From contig NZ_JAQNDL010000001.1 of the NCBI RefSeq assembly GCF_028368995.1, positions 4,096,001 to 4,160,000 of the forward strand: a stretch of DNA of 64,000 nt, given 5' to 3'. Shown one piece after another: positions 1 to 9,375 of the stretch. The notes under the pieces are model-generated. The model ran no database searches, had not been told where the DNA came from, and saw only the letters and a program-made list of their open reading frames with translations. Each line of letters starts with the position of its first letter. Within the stretch, counting starts at the first letter, position 1. Source of the stretch: Nannocystis bainbridge (GTDB lineage: Bacteria > Myxococcota_A > Polyangia > Nannocystales > Nannocystaceae). Position numbers and translations under genes: made by a program.

Positions 1-848
1 TCGCCGCCGTCGCCGCTCTCGCGAGCAGCGGCTGTGACGATTCGAGCCCGAGCCTCGACAGCGCCGACGACGACAGCGCGGCGGAGAGCCGCACCGTGGT
101 CGGCAGCGAACTCGCGCGGATCGACGGCGTCGACGGACGTACCCTGACCTTCCTCGACCTCGGTGACGGCGACATCGGCGTGCTCGAGGCGCGGACCTCC
201 GGCCAGCCCTCGGGGCTGCTGAGCCTGAGGGCCGAGGACGCGTCGCCACTCGAGATCTACATGGCCGCCGAGGGCGCCGATTCAGCCGTGATCGCCCGCC
301 TGCGCACCAACCACGACGCTCTGGGCAAGGACACGCCGCGCCCGCTCAAGGCCAACCCGATGATCCCGCTGATCCCGCTCGACCTCAGCACCCACGGATA
401 CAAGGACATCGAGAACTACTGCGACGATCCCTACTGGGGCGACAAGTGGGAGTACGACCTCGACGTGCTCAGCCAGCATCACGCCTCCTCGTTCCGCGAC
501 AACGTGAGCCTGGGCGCTTCGGTGTACTTCTATCCCGGCTCGAGCAACAACACGGTGACGTGGCTCGGCATCTGCACCCAGGACCAGAACGACGCCCTCA
601 ACGACGGCAAGGAGTTCACCGTCCAGAAGCTGACGTCCAGCACCTGGACCGACACCACCACCGCCTACAGGGAACTCGACGCCGACGAGCCCGCCAACTC
701 GTACGTCTTCTACGCCAGCAGCCCGGGCGGCGCCCGCTACCGCGGCAAGGTGGCGCCGTGGTCGGCCATGTACGGCACCGGCGCCTCGCAGACCGGCACC
801 TCTTACGGGATCGCCGTCGCCTACACCCCGTACACCATCGTCCCCTGA
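1..848 (+). CDS. Secreted lipoprotein of unknown function (5' end outside window)
   Basis: The frame of ORF 96..848 stays open to the window edge and reads AAVAALASSGC-DD (lipobox-like). GC3-rich codon usage; aromatic/Thr-rich C-terminal domain. Confidence 0.75.
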   Translation, partial: AAVAALASSGCDDSSPSLDSADDDSAAESRTVVGSELARIDGVDGRTLTFLDLGDGDIGVLEARTSGQPSGLLSLRAEDASPLEIYMAAEGADSAVIARLRTNHDALGKDTPRPLKANPMIPLIPLDLSTHGYKDIENYCDDPYWGDKWEYDLDVLSQHHASSFRDNVSLGASVYFYPGSSNNTVTWLGICTQDQNDALNDGKEFTVQKLTSSTWTDTTTAYRELDADEPANSYVFYASSPGGARYRGKVAPWSAMYGTGASQTGTSYGIAVAYTPYTIVP

Positions 849-860
849 GGCGGCGAATGG

Positions 861-894
861 ACGAGTCACATGTCTTTAAGGACATGTGACTCGT
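861..894. repeat. 14-bp-period CATG decamer array (2 units) forming a perfect 14-bp hairpin
   Basis: ACGAGTCACATGTC-TTTAAG-GACATGTGACTCGT; CATG at 869 and 883; starts 12 nt after the stop at 848. Confidence 0.85.
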
Positions 895-1231
895 ATCGGC
901 CCGTCGCGGCGGCGTATACCGCCGCGCCTGTCCGAGATCGATCGCCCGCGGGCATCACCGATCCGAGCGACGTCGCCCGGAAGCAGCAGGTCGACCGCGC
1001 ATGCCACCGCCGAGATCGTCGCAGGCCGGAGATGCGCGTGACGACACTGGTGCGACCCGGCCGACGTCGGCCGCGAGCGCTCTGCGGGGCCCCATGCAGC
1101 GTCAGCGACGCTCTGTGCGCCCACACGCGCCGGGCCGGCCGTGGGACCGGTCGCGCTGGCCGAGCCCGCGTCGGCCCCCTGCGCTCATGCGCCCGCGGTC
1201 GCGTGCTACGGTTCTTTGGAGGAGGCTCGCG

Positions 1232-1333
1232 ATGAAGAACGACAAGAAGACCCGTCCCTTGACGATCAAGTCCGGCGTGCGCGGCGGCACCAGGCACGAC
1301 ACCATGAAGAACTCGGTCGGCAACATCCGCTGA
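1232..1333 (+). CDS. 33-aa small peptide, putative Gly-Gly leader/core precursor
   Basis: GGAGGAGG RBS at 1218-1225, TGCTACGGT extended -10-like box at 1204-1212, ORF MKNDKKTRPLTIKSGVRGG-TRHDTMKNSVGNIR, and a downstream hairpin. Confidence 0.75.
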   Translation: MKNDKKTRPLTIKSGVRGGTRHDTMKNSVGNIR

Positions 1334-1338
1334 CCAGC

Positions 1339-1378
1339 CGCCCCGGCGTCGCCACGACGGCGACCCGGGGCGCTTCGT
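1339..1378 (+). terminator. GC-rich stem-loop, putative terminator after the small peptide
   Basis: CGCCCCGG-C-GTCGCC-ACGAC-GGCGAC-CCGGGGCG followed by CTTCGT (weak U tract). Confidence 0.55.
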
Positions 1379-1447
1379 ATCGTCCGCCTCGACGCGGCCG
1401 CGGATCTCGGACCGCGTGCGAGCTCGGTCTGTCCCAAAGGCCAGCCC

Positions 1448-2449
1448 GTGAAATGTCCGGTCTGCCACGACCATCCAGGCGTCTCGCGCCATTGCCGGCG
1501 GCGCCTTGACGCATCGCATGAGCTGGGTCAAATTGCGCGTCGTCTGATGTTCTCTCTCGAGCATCCGCGGCTCGCCCAGCCTCCCGGCGCGGACGAGGGC
1601 GTCCGGCGATTGCTGCATGCGGAGCGCACGGGGGTCCTGCGGACCTACGAGCTGCGGCTTCGCGGCAGCACCTTGGTGACGGCGGTGGGTCGGCCCGAGC
1701 GCAGGTTTCCGCTGCGCACCACCGCGACTGTCCGGCCCGCCGCCGCTGTCGCTTACCTCGAGCGGCAGGTCGCGGCTCTGCTGGCGAAGGGTGCTCGCTT
1801 GCTCGCCGACGACGCCGCCTTCCCGGTCATCGACGAGCCGCGCTTCAAGAGCTTGCCCGGCGTCGAGCCCGAGGTCGCCAGCGAGGTCGCGCGCAGCCTG
1901 CGGGCGCACCGGCGCAAGTTCGCCATGCTCGACAAGCTGCAGTGGGCCGCCGGCGACGACTGGGACCTGCTGATCTGGTCGCTCGTGCGGGCCGGCCGCG
2001 TCCAGCCGCACCGCGACGTCGAGCTGTGGTTGCTCCTCGCCGACGCCGCGCTCGAGGGCGACGCCGTCACGGTGATGGATCTGCTCGTCAGGGTCGGCCC
2101 GCTCACCGAGCTCTATCGCGGTCGCGGCTACGACGAATACGCCGAGGCCATCCCCGGCGGCGACGCGGCCACCGAGGCGCTGCTGTGGCACGCCTACCTC
2201 GACGATCGCCGGCACGTGAACGCGCGGGCTGATGTCCTCCCGACGAATCTGCAGCGCGGCCTGTGGCTGATCCGCGCCCGCGCCGGCGAGCCCGTGCCCG
2301 CGGCGGTCGCCGGCGAGCTCGCCGCGTGGCTGCAGGCCCACCCGCGCCCGTTCACCCCGCTCGAGGCGCTCGACGGCGGCGCCTTTGTCCGCCTCGACGT
2401 CCCGGAGCTGTTGCGCCGCATCGAGGCCCTGGCCGAGGGCCCGGCCTGA
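1448..2449 (+). CDS. Hypothetical protein with a degenerate WGR-like segment (start uncertain)
   Basis: 333-aa ORF with coding-like codon bias. RTYELRLRGSTLVTAVGRP...AYLERQVAALLAKG resembles the WGR-domain pattern. Confidence 0.55.
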   Translation: MKCPVCHDHPGVSRHCRRRLDASHELGQIARRLMFSLEHPRLAQPPGADEGVRRLLHAERTGVLRTYELRLRGSTLVTAVGRPERRFPLRTTATVRPAAAVAYLERQVAALLAKGARLLADDAAFPVIDEPRFKSLPGVEPEVASEVARSLRAHRRKFAMLDKLQWAAGDDWDLLIWSLVRAGRVQPHRDVELWLLLADAALEGDAVTVMDLLVRVGPLTELYRGRGYDEYAEAIPGGDAATEALLWHAYLDDRRHVNARADVLPTNLQRGLWLIRARAGEPVPAAVAGELAAWLQAHPRPFTPLEALDGGAFVRLDVPELLRRIEALAEGPA

Positions 2450-2454
2450 CGCTC

Positions 2455-3315
2455 CTATGATTTGTCGCCGTCGCGGCTGAGCGCGCGTCGCCAGCGGTGC
2501 AGCCGCGCCTCGTCGACGAACAGCACGAAGAACGCGCACATCTGCAGCGCGAAGAACATCAGCTCGCGCATGGTCAGGGCGATGGTGAGGAACATGCCGA
2601 AGCCCATCGCGTAGCCGAGCGGTCGCAGACGGCGGACCATGAACAGCAGCGGCGCCGCCAGCTCGAACGCCAGCGCCAGGTGCTGCAGCCCGGCCCATAT
2701 CGGCAGCGACACGTTGCGTACCATCCACGCCGCCGTGTCGGTCATGAAGTTGACCTGCACCTGATGCCACAGCGTATCGCCGTGGGCCAGCCAATCACCG
2801 TACCTGACCTTGCAGATGCCCGCCCCGAACAGCTGCACGATCAGCGTGAACTGCAGCGCCCGCAGCGGCCACGCCGAGCGGATCGTCGGCCGGCCCGCGG
2901 CGTCCTCGACGATCGGCGGCGCGAGGGCCAGGATCAACAGGCCGCCGAGGAAGATCTTGTTGATCGTGAACGCGGCCAGGCGGTCGGCGCCGGTGACATA
3001 GGCAGTACCGAGCAGGACCGGCCAGATCGCCAGGCGCGGCTTGAAGCCGAGGATGAGCGCCACGATCGCCGCGAAGTAGGCCACACCGAACCACGGCAGC
3101 GCCGCCTCCGGCAGCAGCGGCACCGCCTGCTGGAAGCCCACGCTCGCGCCCCCGCTCGGGTGATAGCCGACCGGCGTGAGCCACTCGGCCGCGAAGCGCC
3201 AGCGGAACGCGACGTAGTAGAGCAGCGTCGCCGCGAACAGGGCGCGGAACACCACCAGCCGCCCGGCGGCGACCGGCCCGAACACGAAATCGACAGCGCG
3301 CTGCAGCGGCTTCAC
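2455..3315 (-). CDS. HTTM-domain membrane protein (SdpB / vitamin K-dependent carboxylase-like N-terminal family)
   Basis: Multiple TM helices. Motifs RLVVFR, WPLRALQ...LFGAGICK...GDWL.G, FEL..PLL. GTG start at 3315. Confidence 0.75.
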   Translation of the reverse strand: MKPLQRAVDFVFGPVAAGRLVVFRALFAATLLYYVAFRWRFAAEWLTPVGYHPSGGASVGFQQAVPLLPEAALPWFGVAYFAAIVALILGFKPRLAIWPVLLGTAYVTGADRLAAFTINKIFLGGLLILALAPPIVEDAAGRPTIRSAWPLRALQFTLIVQLFGAGICKVRYGDWLAHGDTLWHQVQVNFMTDTAAWMVRNVSLPIWAGLQHLALAFELAAPLLFMVRRLRPLGYAMGFGMFLTIALTMRELMFFALQMCAFFVLFVDEARLHRWRRALSRDGDKS

Positions 3316-3373
3316 GACGCCTCGACTCCCGCGGGGCGCCGATCTTTGCGCGCTACGCAACAATGCGCGGCGC

Positions 3374-3928
3374 TCATCGTCCCGGCCTCCCTGTCTCTTC
3401 GCGCAGGTCGTGGCTCGACAGCACGCGCACCGTCTGCGGCGTCGGCTCCGGCTTCTGCCAGTGGCCGACCGGCGGGCGCGCCGGGTCGATCTTCTGCGAT
3501 CCGGCGAGGAAGCGGACCGCCACCACCGGGTTTTGCTTCGGGTTCAAGGTGCGATCGCGGTCCGCGACCCAGCGGGCCAGGTCGAGGCGCGACGCCTCGT
3601 GCTTGGCGCCGAAGCGCTCCATGAAGCGGTCGAAGCGGGTGCGGTAGCCGAACGGCTCCATCGGGAACAGCGCCCGCTCGTCGACCGGCTCCCACTCGCG
3701 CCGGCCCTCGCGCAGCACCTGCATGAAGAAGTACGGCACGCTCTCGGGCCGGTGGCGGAACAGGCAGGAGATCGATCCGAGATCGCGGACGATCGTGGGC
3801 CACCAGGTCGCCGGCGCCGCCTGGATCGCCCCCTGGCCGATCGGCACCAGCCAGACCACGAGCACCAGCAGCGCCGCCGCGACGTCGCGCCGCAGCGGGC
3901 GCGCGGGCCCGGGCTCCGGCGCGCTCAC
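3374..3928 (-). CDS. HTTM partner protein (SdpA/DUF5819-like, N-terminal TM anchor)
   Basis: The GTG overlaps the TGA of the upstream oxidase (GTGA coupling). One N-terminal hydrophobic helix followed by a soluble domain; directly precedes the HTTM gene. Confidence 0.6.
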   Translation of the reverse strand: MSAPEPGPARPLRRDVAAALLVLVVWLVPIGQGAIQAAPATWWPTIVRDLGSISCLFRHRPESVPYFFMQVLREGRREWEPVDERALFPMEPFGYRTRFDRFMERFGAKHEASRLDLARWVADRDRTLNPKQNPVVAVRFLAGSQKIDPARPPVGHWQKPEPTPQTVRVLSSHDLREETGRPGR

Positions 3929-5601
3929 CCCGGCAGGACCTTGCCCGGGTTGCACGTGTGCCTGGGATCGAGGCTGTCCTTGAGGCCAGTCAGGAGCGCG
4001 ACCCCGACCTCGCCCTTCTCGCGCAGCAGCCACGGCGCGTGGTCGGTGCCGACCCCGTGGTGGTGGCTGATCGTCCCGCCGCCGGCGACGATCGCGTCGG
4101 ACGCCGCGCGCTTGACCGCCAGCCACTGCTCGACCTCGGCGCCCTGCTTCTGCGGGAAGATCATCGTGAAGTACAGGCTCGCCCCGTCGACATAACCGTG
4201 GGACAGGTGGCACATGACGATCGCGCGCGCCTCGGGGTCGGCCGCGTTGTCGCGCAGGGCGTCGTGGATGGCCCTGTGGACCCCGCGATAGAGGTGGTGC
4301 AGGTCGGACCAGCGGACCGAGGTCTCGAGCGTCTCGACGGCGATCCCGCGGTCGAGCATCGGGTCGCGCATGTACGGCATGCCGAACCGCCGCGAGTACC
4401 AGCGCTCGCCGACGCGGGTGCCGAGGTGGACGCCGCCCAGCCGCTCGACGATCGCGCGGGTGCGGACCTGCGACTCGAGCACCGTCTCGCGGTCGCCCTC
4501 GAGGCCGACGATCAGCAGGCAGCGGCCCTCGCCGTAGCCGCGCCACGCCAGCGCCTGCATCGCCGCCCGCTCGAGCGCCCCCGGCGGGTGCTGGGCGGCC
4601 GAGAAGCTCTGCAGGAAGTGCGTCTCTGGCCCATCGGACAGGCGGAGCATCGCCACCGGCAGCTCCTCTTGCAGGATCGTGCGCACCGCCTTGGCCCCGG
4701 CCTCGAAGTCCTTGAAGAAGAACCCGCGGTAGTCCTTCTCGGCCGGCACGCGGTGGATCTTCACCGTCGCCGCCGTGATCACCCCGAGGATGCCCTCGCT
4801 GCCGGCGACGAACTGATTGAGGTTGGGTCCGGCCGCCGAGGCGGGGAAGCTCTCGGTCTTCCACGGCCCCTTCGGCGTCGCCAGCTCGGCCGCCACCAGC
4901 CACTTCTCGGCCCGGCCATAACGATACGACTGCTGCCCGGCCCCGCGCGCCGCGATCCACCCGCCGAGGGTCGAGAACTCGAACGACTGCGGGTAGTGGC
5001 CGAGCGTGAAGCCCTCGCGCTGCAGCGTGCGCTCGAGCTCGGGGCCGTAGATGCCGGCCTGCACGCGGGCCGTCAGCGACTCGCCGTCGATCGCCAGGAC
5101 CCGACCGAGCCGCGTCGTGTCGAGCGTCACCACCGCGCGCTGGCCGTCGCCGCGGCTGGCCGTGACGCCGCCCACCACCGACGAGCCGCCGCCGAACGGG
5201 ACCACCGCGATGCCCTCGCGGTCGCAGTGACTCACCAGCGCCTGCACCTCCTCGCCGGTGCCGGGGTAGACCACCGCGTCGGGGGCCTGCCGCAGGTCAC
5301 CTGACCGAAGGGCCAGGAGGTCGAGGTAGCTCTTGCCGCGCGAGTGAAAGGCGCGCTCGTAGCGGTCGGTCTTGACGTGGTCGGCGCCGACGAGCGCGCG
5401 CAGGGCCGCGAGGTCGGCCTCGGTCAGCGCCGGCGCGGCCAGCTCGAGCCGGTCGAGCGGCGCGGCCGGGCGGTGCGGCAGCGTCTTGCGGCCGAGCGAC
5501 TCGGCGACCCAGCGCCACACCTCGGGCTCGCGGCGACCCAGTTCGAAGCCGGCGTGGACGAAGCCCCAGCCGTTCCAGCGCAGCGCGCGGCGGTCGATCA
5601 T
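3925..5601 (-). CDS. FAD-binding oxidase, alkyl-dihydroxyacetone-phosphate synthase-like
   Basis: RWNGWG N-terminus, PDAVVYP, PFGGGSSVVGG, GHYPQSFEFSTLGGWIAARGAGQ, GSEGILGVIT, HLSHGY, SHHHGVG, NPGK. Confidence 0.9.
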   Translation of the reverse strand: MIDRRALRWNGWGFVHAGFELGRREPEVWRWVAESLGRKTLPHRPAAPLDRLELAAPALTEADLAALRALVGADHVKTDRYERAFHSRGKSYLDLLALRSGDLRQAPDAVVYPGTGEEVQALVSHCDREGIAVVPFGGGSSVVGGVTASRGDGQRAVVTLDTTRLGRVLAIDGESLTARVQAGIYGPELERTLQREGFTLGHYPQSFEFSTLGGWIAARGAGQQSYRYGRAEKWLVAAELATPKGPWKTESFPASAAGPNLNQFVAGSEGILGVITAATVKIHRVPAEKDYRGFFFKDFEAGAKAVRTILQEELPVAMLRLSDGPETHFLQSFSAAQHPPGALERAAMQALAWRGYGEGRCLLIVGLEGDRETVLESQVRTRAIVERLGGVHLGTRVGERWYSRRFGMPYMRDPMLDRGIAVETLETSVRWSDLHHLYRGVHRAIHDALRDNAADPEARAIVMCHLSHGYVDGASLYFTMIFPQKQGAEVEQWLAVKRAASDAIVAGGGTISHHHGVGTDHAPWLLREKGEVGVALLTGLKDSLDPRHTCNPGKVLPG

Positions 5602-5625
5602 CGATCTGTCCCTTCGTACATGTGG
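5602..5625. repeat. Degenerate 2-unit 14-bp-period decamer site
   Basis: TCTG at 5605 and CATG at 5619 (GATCTGTCCCTTCGTACATGTGG), in an intra-operon gap. Confidence 0.4.
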
Positions 5626-5631
5626 TGACTC

Positions 5632-6612
5632 TCAATAGCGCAGGGTCAGCGCCCCGGGCAACACGGTGAAGGTCGCCGGCAACCGGCCAGGGGCCTCGCC
5701 GTCGACGTCGAGCAGGACCTCCGCCCCCGCGGCCGCGCGCGCCTCGACGCGCGTGCCCGAGAGGTGGCGGACCTTGGGCTTGCGCAGGTGCTCGCCGCGG
5801 TAGATCGCGTTCGGGTCGCGGAGGAAATCGAGCAGGCCCATGTCGTGCATCACGATCAACTCGAGCCGGCCGTCGCACGGGTCGGCCATCGGCGCCACGT
5901 GCATGCCGCCGCCGAAGTAGCGGCCGTTGCACACCGCCGCGGTGTTGACGACCAGCCTGAACTCGGGCCCGTCGTCGACCCGCATCACCACCTCGGTCGG
6001 CCGGTAGCGCAGCAGCCCGCGCACGGTCGCCGCGAAGTAAGTGAACTTGCCGCCGAGCAGCTTGGTCAGCCGCGCCTGGTTGACCTCGCGGTCGACCACG
6101 CCCGACACGCCGAAGCTGGCGATGTTGACGAAGTAGCGGGCGGCCGGCGAGCCGTCGTCGGCGACGTAGTCGATGCGGCCGACGTCGAGCGGCCTGGGCT
6201 TGCTCTCGGCGATCCGTCGCACCTGGGCGTCGACGTCGCCGGCGGCGCCGAAGCTCTTGCGGAAGTCGCCGCCGGTCCCGAGCATCAGGATCGACAGGGC
6301 CGCGCCCTCGCCGACGCGGACATCGGGCGCGCCGGGCACGGGCGGCTCGAAGAAGCCGTTGACCACCTCGTTGTTGGTGCCGTCGCCGCCACAGGCGATC
6401 ACCAGCTCGACCCCGTCGCGCAGCGCCTCGCGCGTGAGCCGGGCCGCGGCCATCGGCGCCTCGGTGAACGCGACCTCGACCGGGCCGAGCGCCGCCTGCA
6501 GCTTGGCGTGCACCTCGGGCCAGGCGCGGGCCAGGCGGCCGCGGGAGGAGTTCGGGTTGACGATCGCTCGCGCGCGCATTCGAGGAACCTTCGCGGCCCT
6601 GCGGCCCGACAT
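5632..6612 (-). CDS. Diacylglycerol kinase family lipid kinase (YegS/Rv2252-like)
   Basis: IVNPNS, GGDGTNNEVVNG, LGTGGDF, NGRYFGGGM, DVDGE motifs. Confidence 0.9.
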   Translation of the reverse strand: MSGRRAAKVPRMRARAIVNPNSSRGRLARAWPEVHAKLQAALGPVEVAFTEAPMAAARLTREALRDGVELVIACGGDGTNNEVVNGFFEPPVPGAPDVRVGEGAALSILMLGTGGDFRKSFGAAGDVDAQVRRIAESKPRPLDVGRIDYVADDGSPAARYFVNIASFGVSGVVDREVNQARLTKLLGGKFTYFAATVRGLLRYRPTEVVMRVDDGPEFRLVVNTAAVCNGRYFGGGMHVAPMADPCDGRLELIVMHDMGLLDFLRDPNAIYRGEHLRKPKVRHLSGTRVEARAAAGAEVLLDVDGEAPGRLPATFTVLPGALTLRY

Positions 6613-6640
6613 GGAGCTTATGTCGCTTCGCCCCGGCGTG

Positions 6641-8275
6641 TCATGCCGCCGACGCGTAGCGGTCGAGCACGCGGTCGACCTGGCGCACCTGCTCCGCGCG
6701 GTCCCAGCCGCGCGCGCCGCCCATCAGCCGCGCGGCCGCCTCCAGCGCGCGCAGCCCGGGGTCGCCCAGCTGCCCGAGGCCCGTGCGGCGCAGCACCGCG
6801 TCGCCGAGCTCGATCGCCCACTCCGCCCGGCTCGCGTGCACGATCTCCGCCCCGCACTCCGGCAGCCCCGGGCGCAGCGGCGCGCCCAGCGTCGGCTCGG
6901 CCTGGATCAGCGCCAGCACCTCGCCTGCGCGCGCCCCGTAGTTGCGCCCGAGGTGGTGCAGCAGCGGCCCCGGCAGGCCCGGGTGGCGCGCCTGCAGCCC
7001 GGCCACGAACGCGCGGAAGTTGCCGATCGCCCCGCCCGGCAGCGGCGTGCGGTCGGTGGTGCAGGGCGCGCGCGGGCGGCCGAGCAGGCGCAGCGCCACG
7101 TCGACGACCTTCTCGGCCAGCGCGCGCGACGTGGTCCACTTGCCGCCGATCGCCGAGACCAGCCCGGGCACGCCATCGGTCTTGCCGTGGTCGCAGACCT
7201 CGGCGCGGCGGCTCTTCTGGTACGAGCCCGACTGCGGGCCGTCGTCGACCAGCGGGCGCAGGCCGCCGTAGCTGTGGAGCACGTCCTCGCGGCGCAGCTC
7301 GGCCGCCGGGTAGAAGCGATTGACCGTGGCGAGCAGCCCGGCGATGTCGGCCTCGGTGACGCGGAAGGCGTCCGGGTGGCCGGCGTAGACCTCGTCGGTG
7401 GTGCCGATGAGCGCGTGGTCGCGCCACGGCAGGACGAAGAAGTGGCCGGTCCCGGCCGCCATCATCAGCGCGTACTCCCGGGTCAGCTTGCGGGTGATGA
7501 TGTGGATCCCCTTCGAGCGGACCAGCTGGGTGAGCGGCTCCGACCCCAGCGTTTCGAGCATCAGGTCGGCCCACGGCCCGGTCGCGTTGACGACCACCGG
7601 CGCGCGCAGCTCGACCGAGCCGTCGCCCGGCAGGCGGCCCTCGATCTTCGCCCCGACCACCCGCGCGCCTTCGCGCACGAACCCCACCGCCTCGGCGTAG
7701 TTCACCAGCTCGGCCCCGGCCGCCGCCGCGCTGAGCAGGCACTCGAGCTCGAGCCGCTCGGGCGAGAACATCTGACAGTCGTGCAGCACCGCCCCGCCCT
7801 TCAGGCCCTCGGCCCGTAGGCTCGGCTCGGCGGCCAGCACCTCGGCGGGCTTCAGCGTGCGGTGGGCCGGCAGCCGCTGGTCGGGGTCGGGCAGGCGGTT
7901 GCGGTCCCAGGACAGCAGGTCGTAGAGGGTCAGGCCGACCCGCAGCTCGGCCAGCGAGCTGCCGGCCGCGCCGGCGTAGACCGGCAGCAGCATCGGCAGC
8001 GGGTAGACCAGGTGGGGCGCGTGCAGCTCCCACAACCGGCGCTCGCGCAGCGACTCGCGCACCAGCCCGAGCTCGAAGTTCTTGAGGTAGCGCAGCCCGC
8101 CGTGGATCAGCTTGGAGGACGCGGCCGAGGTCGCGCTGCAGAAGTCGCGCTTCTCGACCAGCGCGACCCGCAGCCCCCGCAGCGCGGCGTCACGGGCCAC
8201 GCAGGCGCCGGTGATCCCGCCGCCGAGGATCACGAGGTCGTAGTTCCGCTGGGCCAGGCGCGCGAGGCTCCGCAT
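6641..8275 (-). CDS. glpD: FAD-dependent glycerol-3-phosphate dehydrogenase
   Basis: DLVILGGGITG, TSAASSKLIHGGLRYL, VVNATGPWAD, KGIHI, IGTTD, GLRPL, GGKWTTSR. Start re-picked at MRSLARL. Confidence 0.92.
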   Translation of the reverse strand: MRSLARLAQRNYDLVILGGGITGACVARDAALRGLRVALVEKRDFCSATSAASSKLIHGGLRYLKNFELGLVRESLRERRLWELHAPHLVYPLPMLLPVYAGAAGSSLAELRVGLTLYDLLSWDRNRLPDPDQRLPAHRTLKPAEVLAAEPSLRAEGLKGGAVLHDCQMFSPERLELECLLSAAAAGAELVNYAEAVGFVREGARVVGAKIEGRLPGDGSVELRAPVVVNATGPWADLMLETLGSEPLTQLVRSKGIHIITRKLTREYALMMAAGTGHFFVLPWRDHALIGTTDEVYAGHPDAFRVTEADIAGLLATVNRFYPAAELRREDVLHSYGGLRPLVDDGPQSGSYQKSRRAEVCDHGKTDGVPGLVSAIGGKWTTSRALAEKVVDVALRLLGRPRAPCTTDRTPLPGGAIGNFRAFVAGLQARHPGLPGPLLHHLGRNYGARAGEVLALIQAEPTLGAPLRPGLPECGAEIVHASRAEWAIELGDAVLRRTGLGQLGDPGLRALEAAARLMGGARGWDRAEQVRQVDRVLDRYASAA

Positions 8276-8393
8276 GCGGGGCAAACCTACTGTCCTTCCG
8301 ACCCGGCGACCAGGGCCCTCGTGCGCATTGTCCGCGAGACGCCGTTCAGGCGGTGCCGCTGGGGCCAGCGATCGCGTATTCTCTGCCCGCCGC

Positions 8394-9371
8394 ATGCAGA
8401 GCCGACCGATCTCCGACTTTATCCGCCGCCATTACCGCCACTTCAACGCGGCGGCGCTCGTCGACGCCGCGACGGCGTACCAGGCCCACCTGGACCGCGG
8501 CGGCAGCATGCTGGTCACCCTCGCCGGCGCCATGAGCACGGCCGAGCTCGGTCTCAGCCTGGCCGAGATGATCCGCCAGGGCAAGGTCACGGCGATCAGC
8601 TGTACCGGCGCCAACCTCGAAGAGGACGTGTTCAACCTCGTCGCGCACGACCACTACGTGCGCGTCCCGCACTACCGCTCGCTCACCGCCCAGGACGAGC
8701 AGGCTCTGCTGGAGCGTCACCTCAACCGCGTCACCGACACCTGCATCCCCGAGATGGAGGCGATGCGGCGCATCGAGACCGCGGTGTTGGCCGAGTGGGA
8801 AGGCGCCGACCGCGCCGGCGAGCGCTTCTTCCCGCACCAGTTCATGTACAAGATCCTGCGCTCGGGTGTCCTGAAGGACAGCTACCAGATCGACCCGAAG
8901 GACAGCTGGCTGATGGCGGCGGCCGAGCGCGACCTGCCGATGTTCGTGCCCGGGTGGGAGGACTCGACGCTCGGCAACATGTACGCCGGCCACGTGATCG
9001 AGGGTCACGTCAAGAACGTGCACACCGTGCGCACCGGCATCGAGTACATGATGGAGCTGGCCAAGTGGTACACGGGCACCTCGGACAAGAGCTCGATCGG
9101 GTTCTTCCAGATCGGTGGTGGCATCGCCGGCGACTTCCCGATCTGCGTGGTGCCGATGCTGCACCAGGACCTGCGCCGCACCGAAGTGCCGCTGTGGGGC
9201 TATTTCTGCCAGATCAGCGACAGCACCACCAGCTATGGCTCGTACTCCGGCGCCGTGCCCAACGAGAAGATCACGTGGGGCAAGCTCGGCGTCGACACTC
9301 CCAACTTCATCATCGAGTCCGACGCGACGATCGTCGCGCCGCTCGTGTTCGCCTACGTCCTGGGCTGGTGA
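8394..9371 (+). CDS. Deoxyhypusine synthase-like protein (probable homospermidine pathway enzyme, SpeY-like)
   Basis: TLAGAMSTAELG, SCTGANLEED, GGGIAGDFPICVVP, YSGAVPNEKITWGK, IESDATIVAP. Confidence 0.9.
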   Translation: MQSRPISDFIRRHYRHFNAAALVDAATAYQAHLDRGGSMLVTLAGAMSTAELGLSLAEMIRQGKVTAISCTGANLEEDVFNLVAHDHYVRVPHYRSLTAQDEQALLERHLNRVTDTCIPEMEAMRRIETAVLAEWEGADRAGERFFPHQFMYKILRSGVLKDSYQIDPKDSWLMAAAERDLPMFVPGWEDSTLGNMYAGHVIEGHVKNVHTVRTGIEYMMELAKWYTGTSDKSSIGFFQIGGGIAGDFPICVVPMLHQDLRRTEVPLWGYFCQISDSTTSYGSYSGAVPNEKITWGKLGVDTPNFIIESDATIVAPLVFAYVLGW

Positions 9372-9375
9372 CGTC

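Noticed and set aside
1232-3928. Small peptide plus HTTM/SdpA-like pair as one SdpABC-like toxin cluster
   Set aside because: They are on opposite strands, the HTTM pair is translationally coupled to the lipid operon, and the peptide lacks the Cys residues and size of SdpC. Proximity alone is insufficient.
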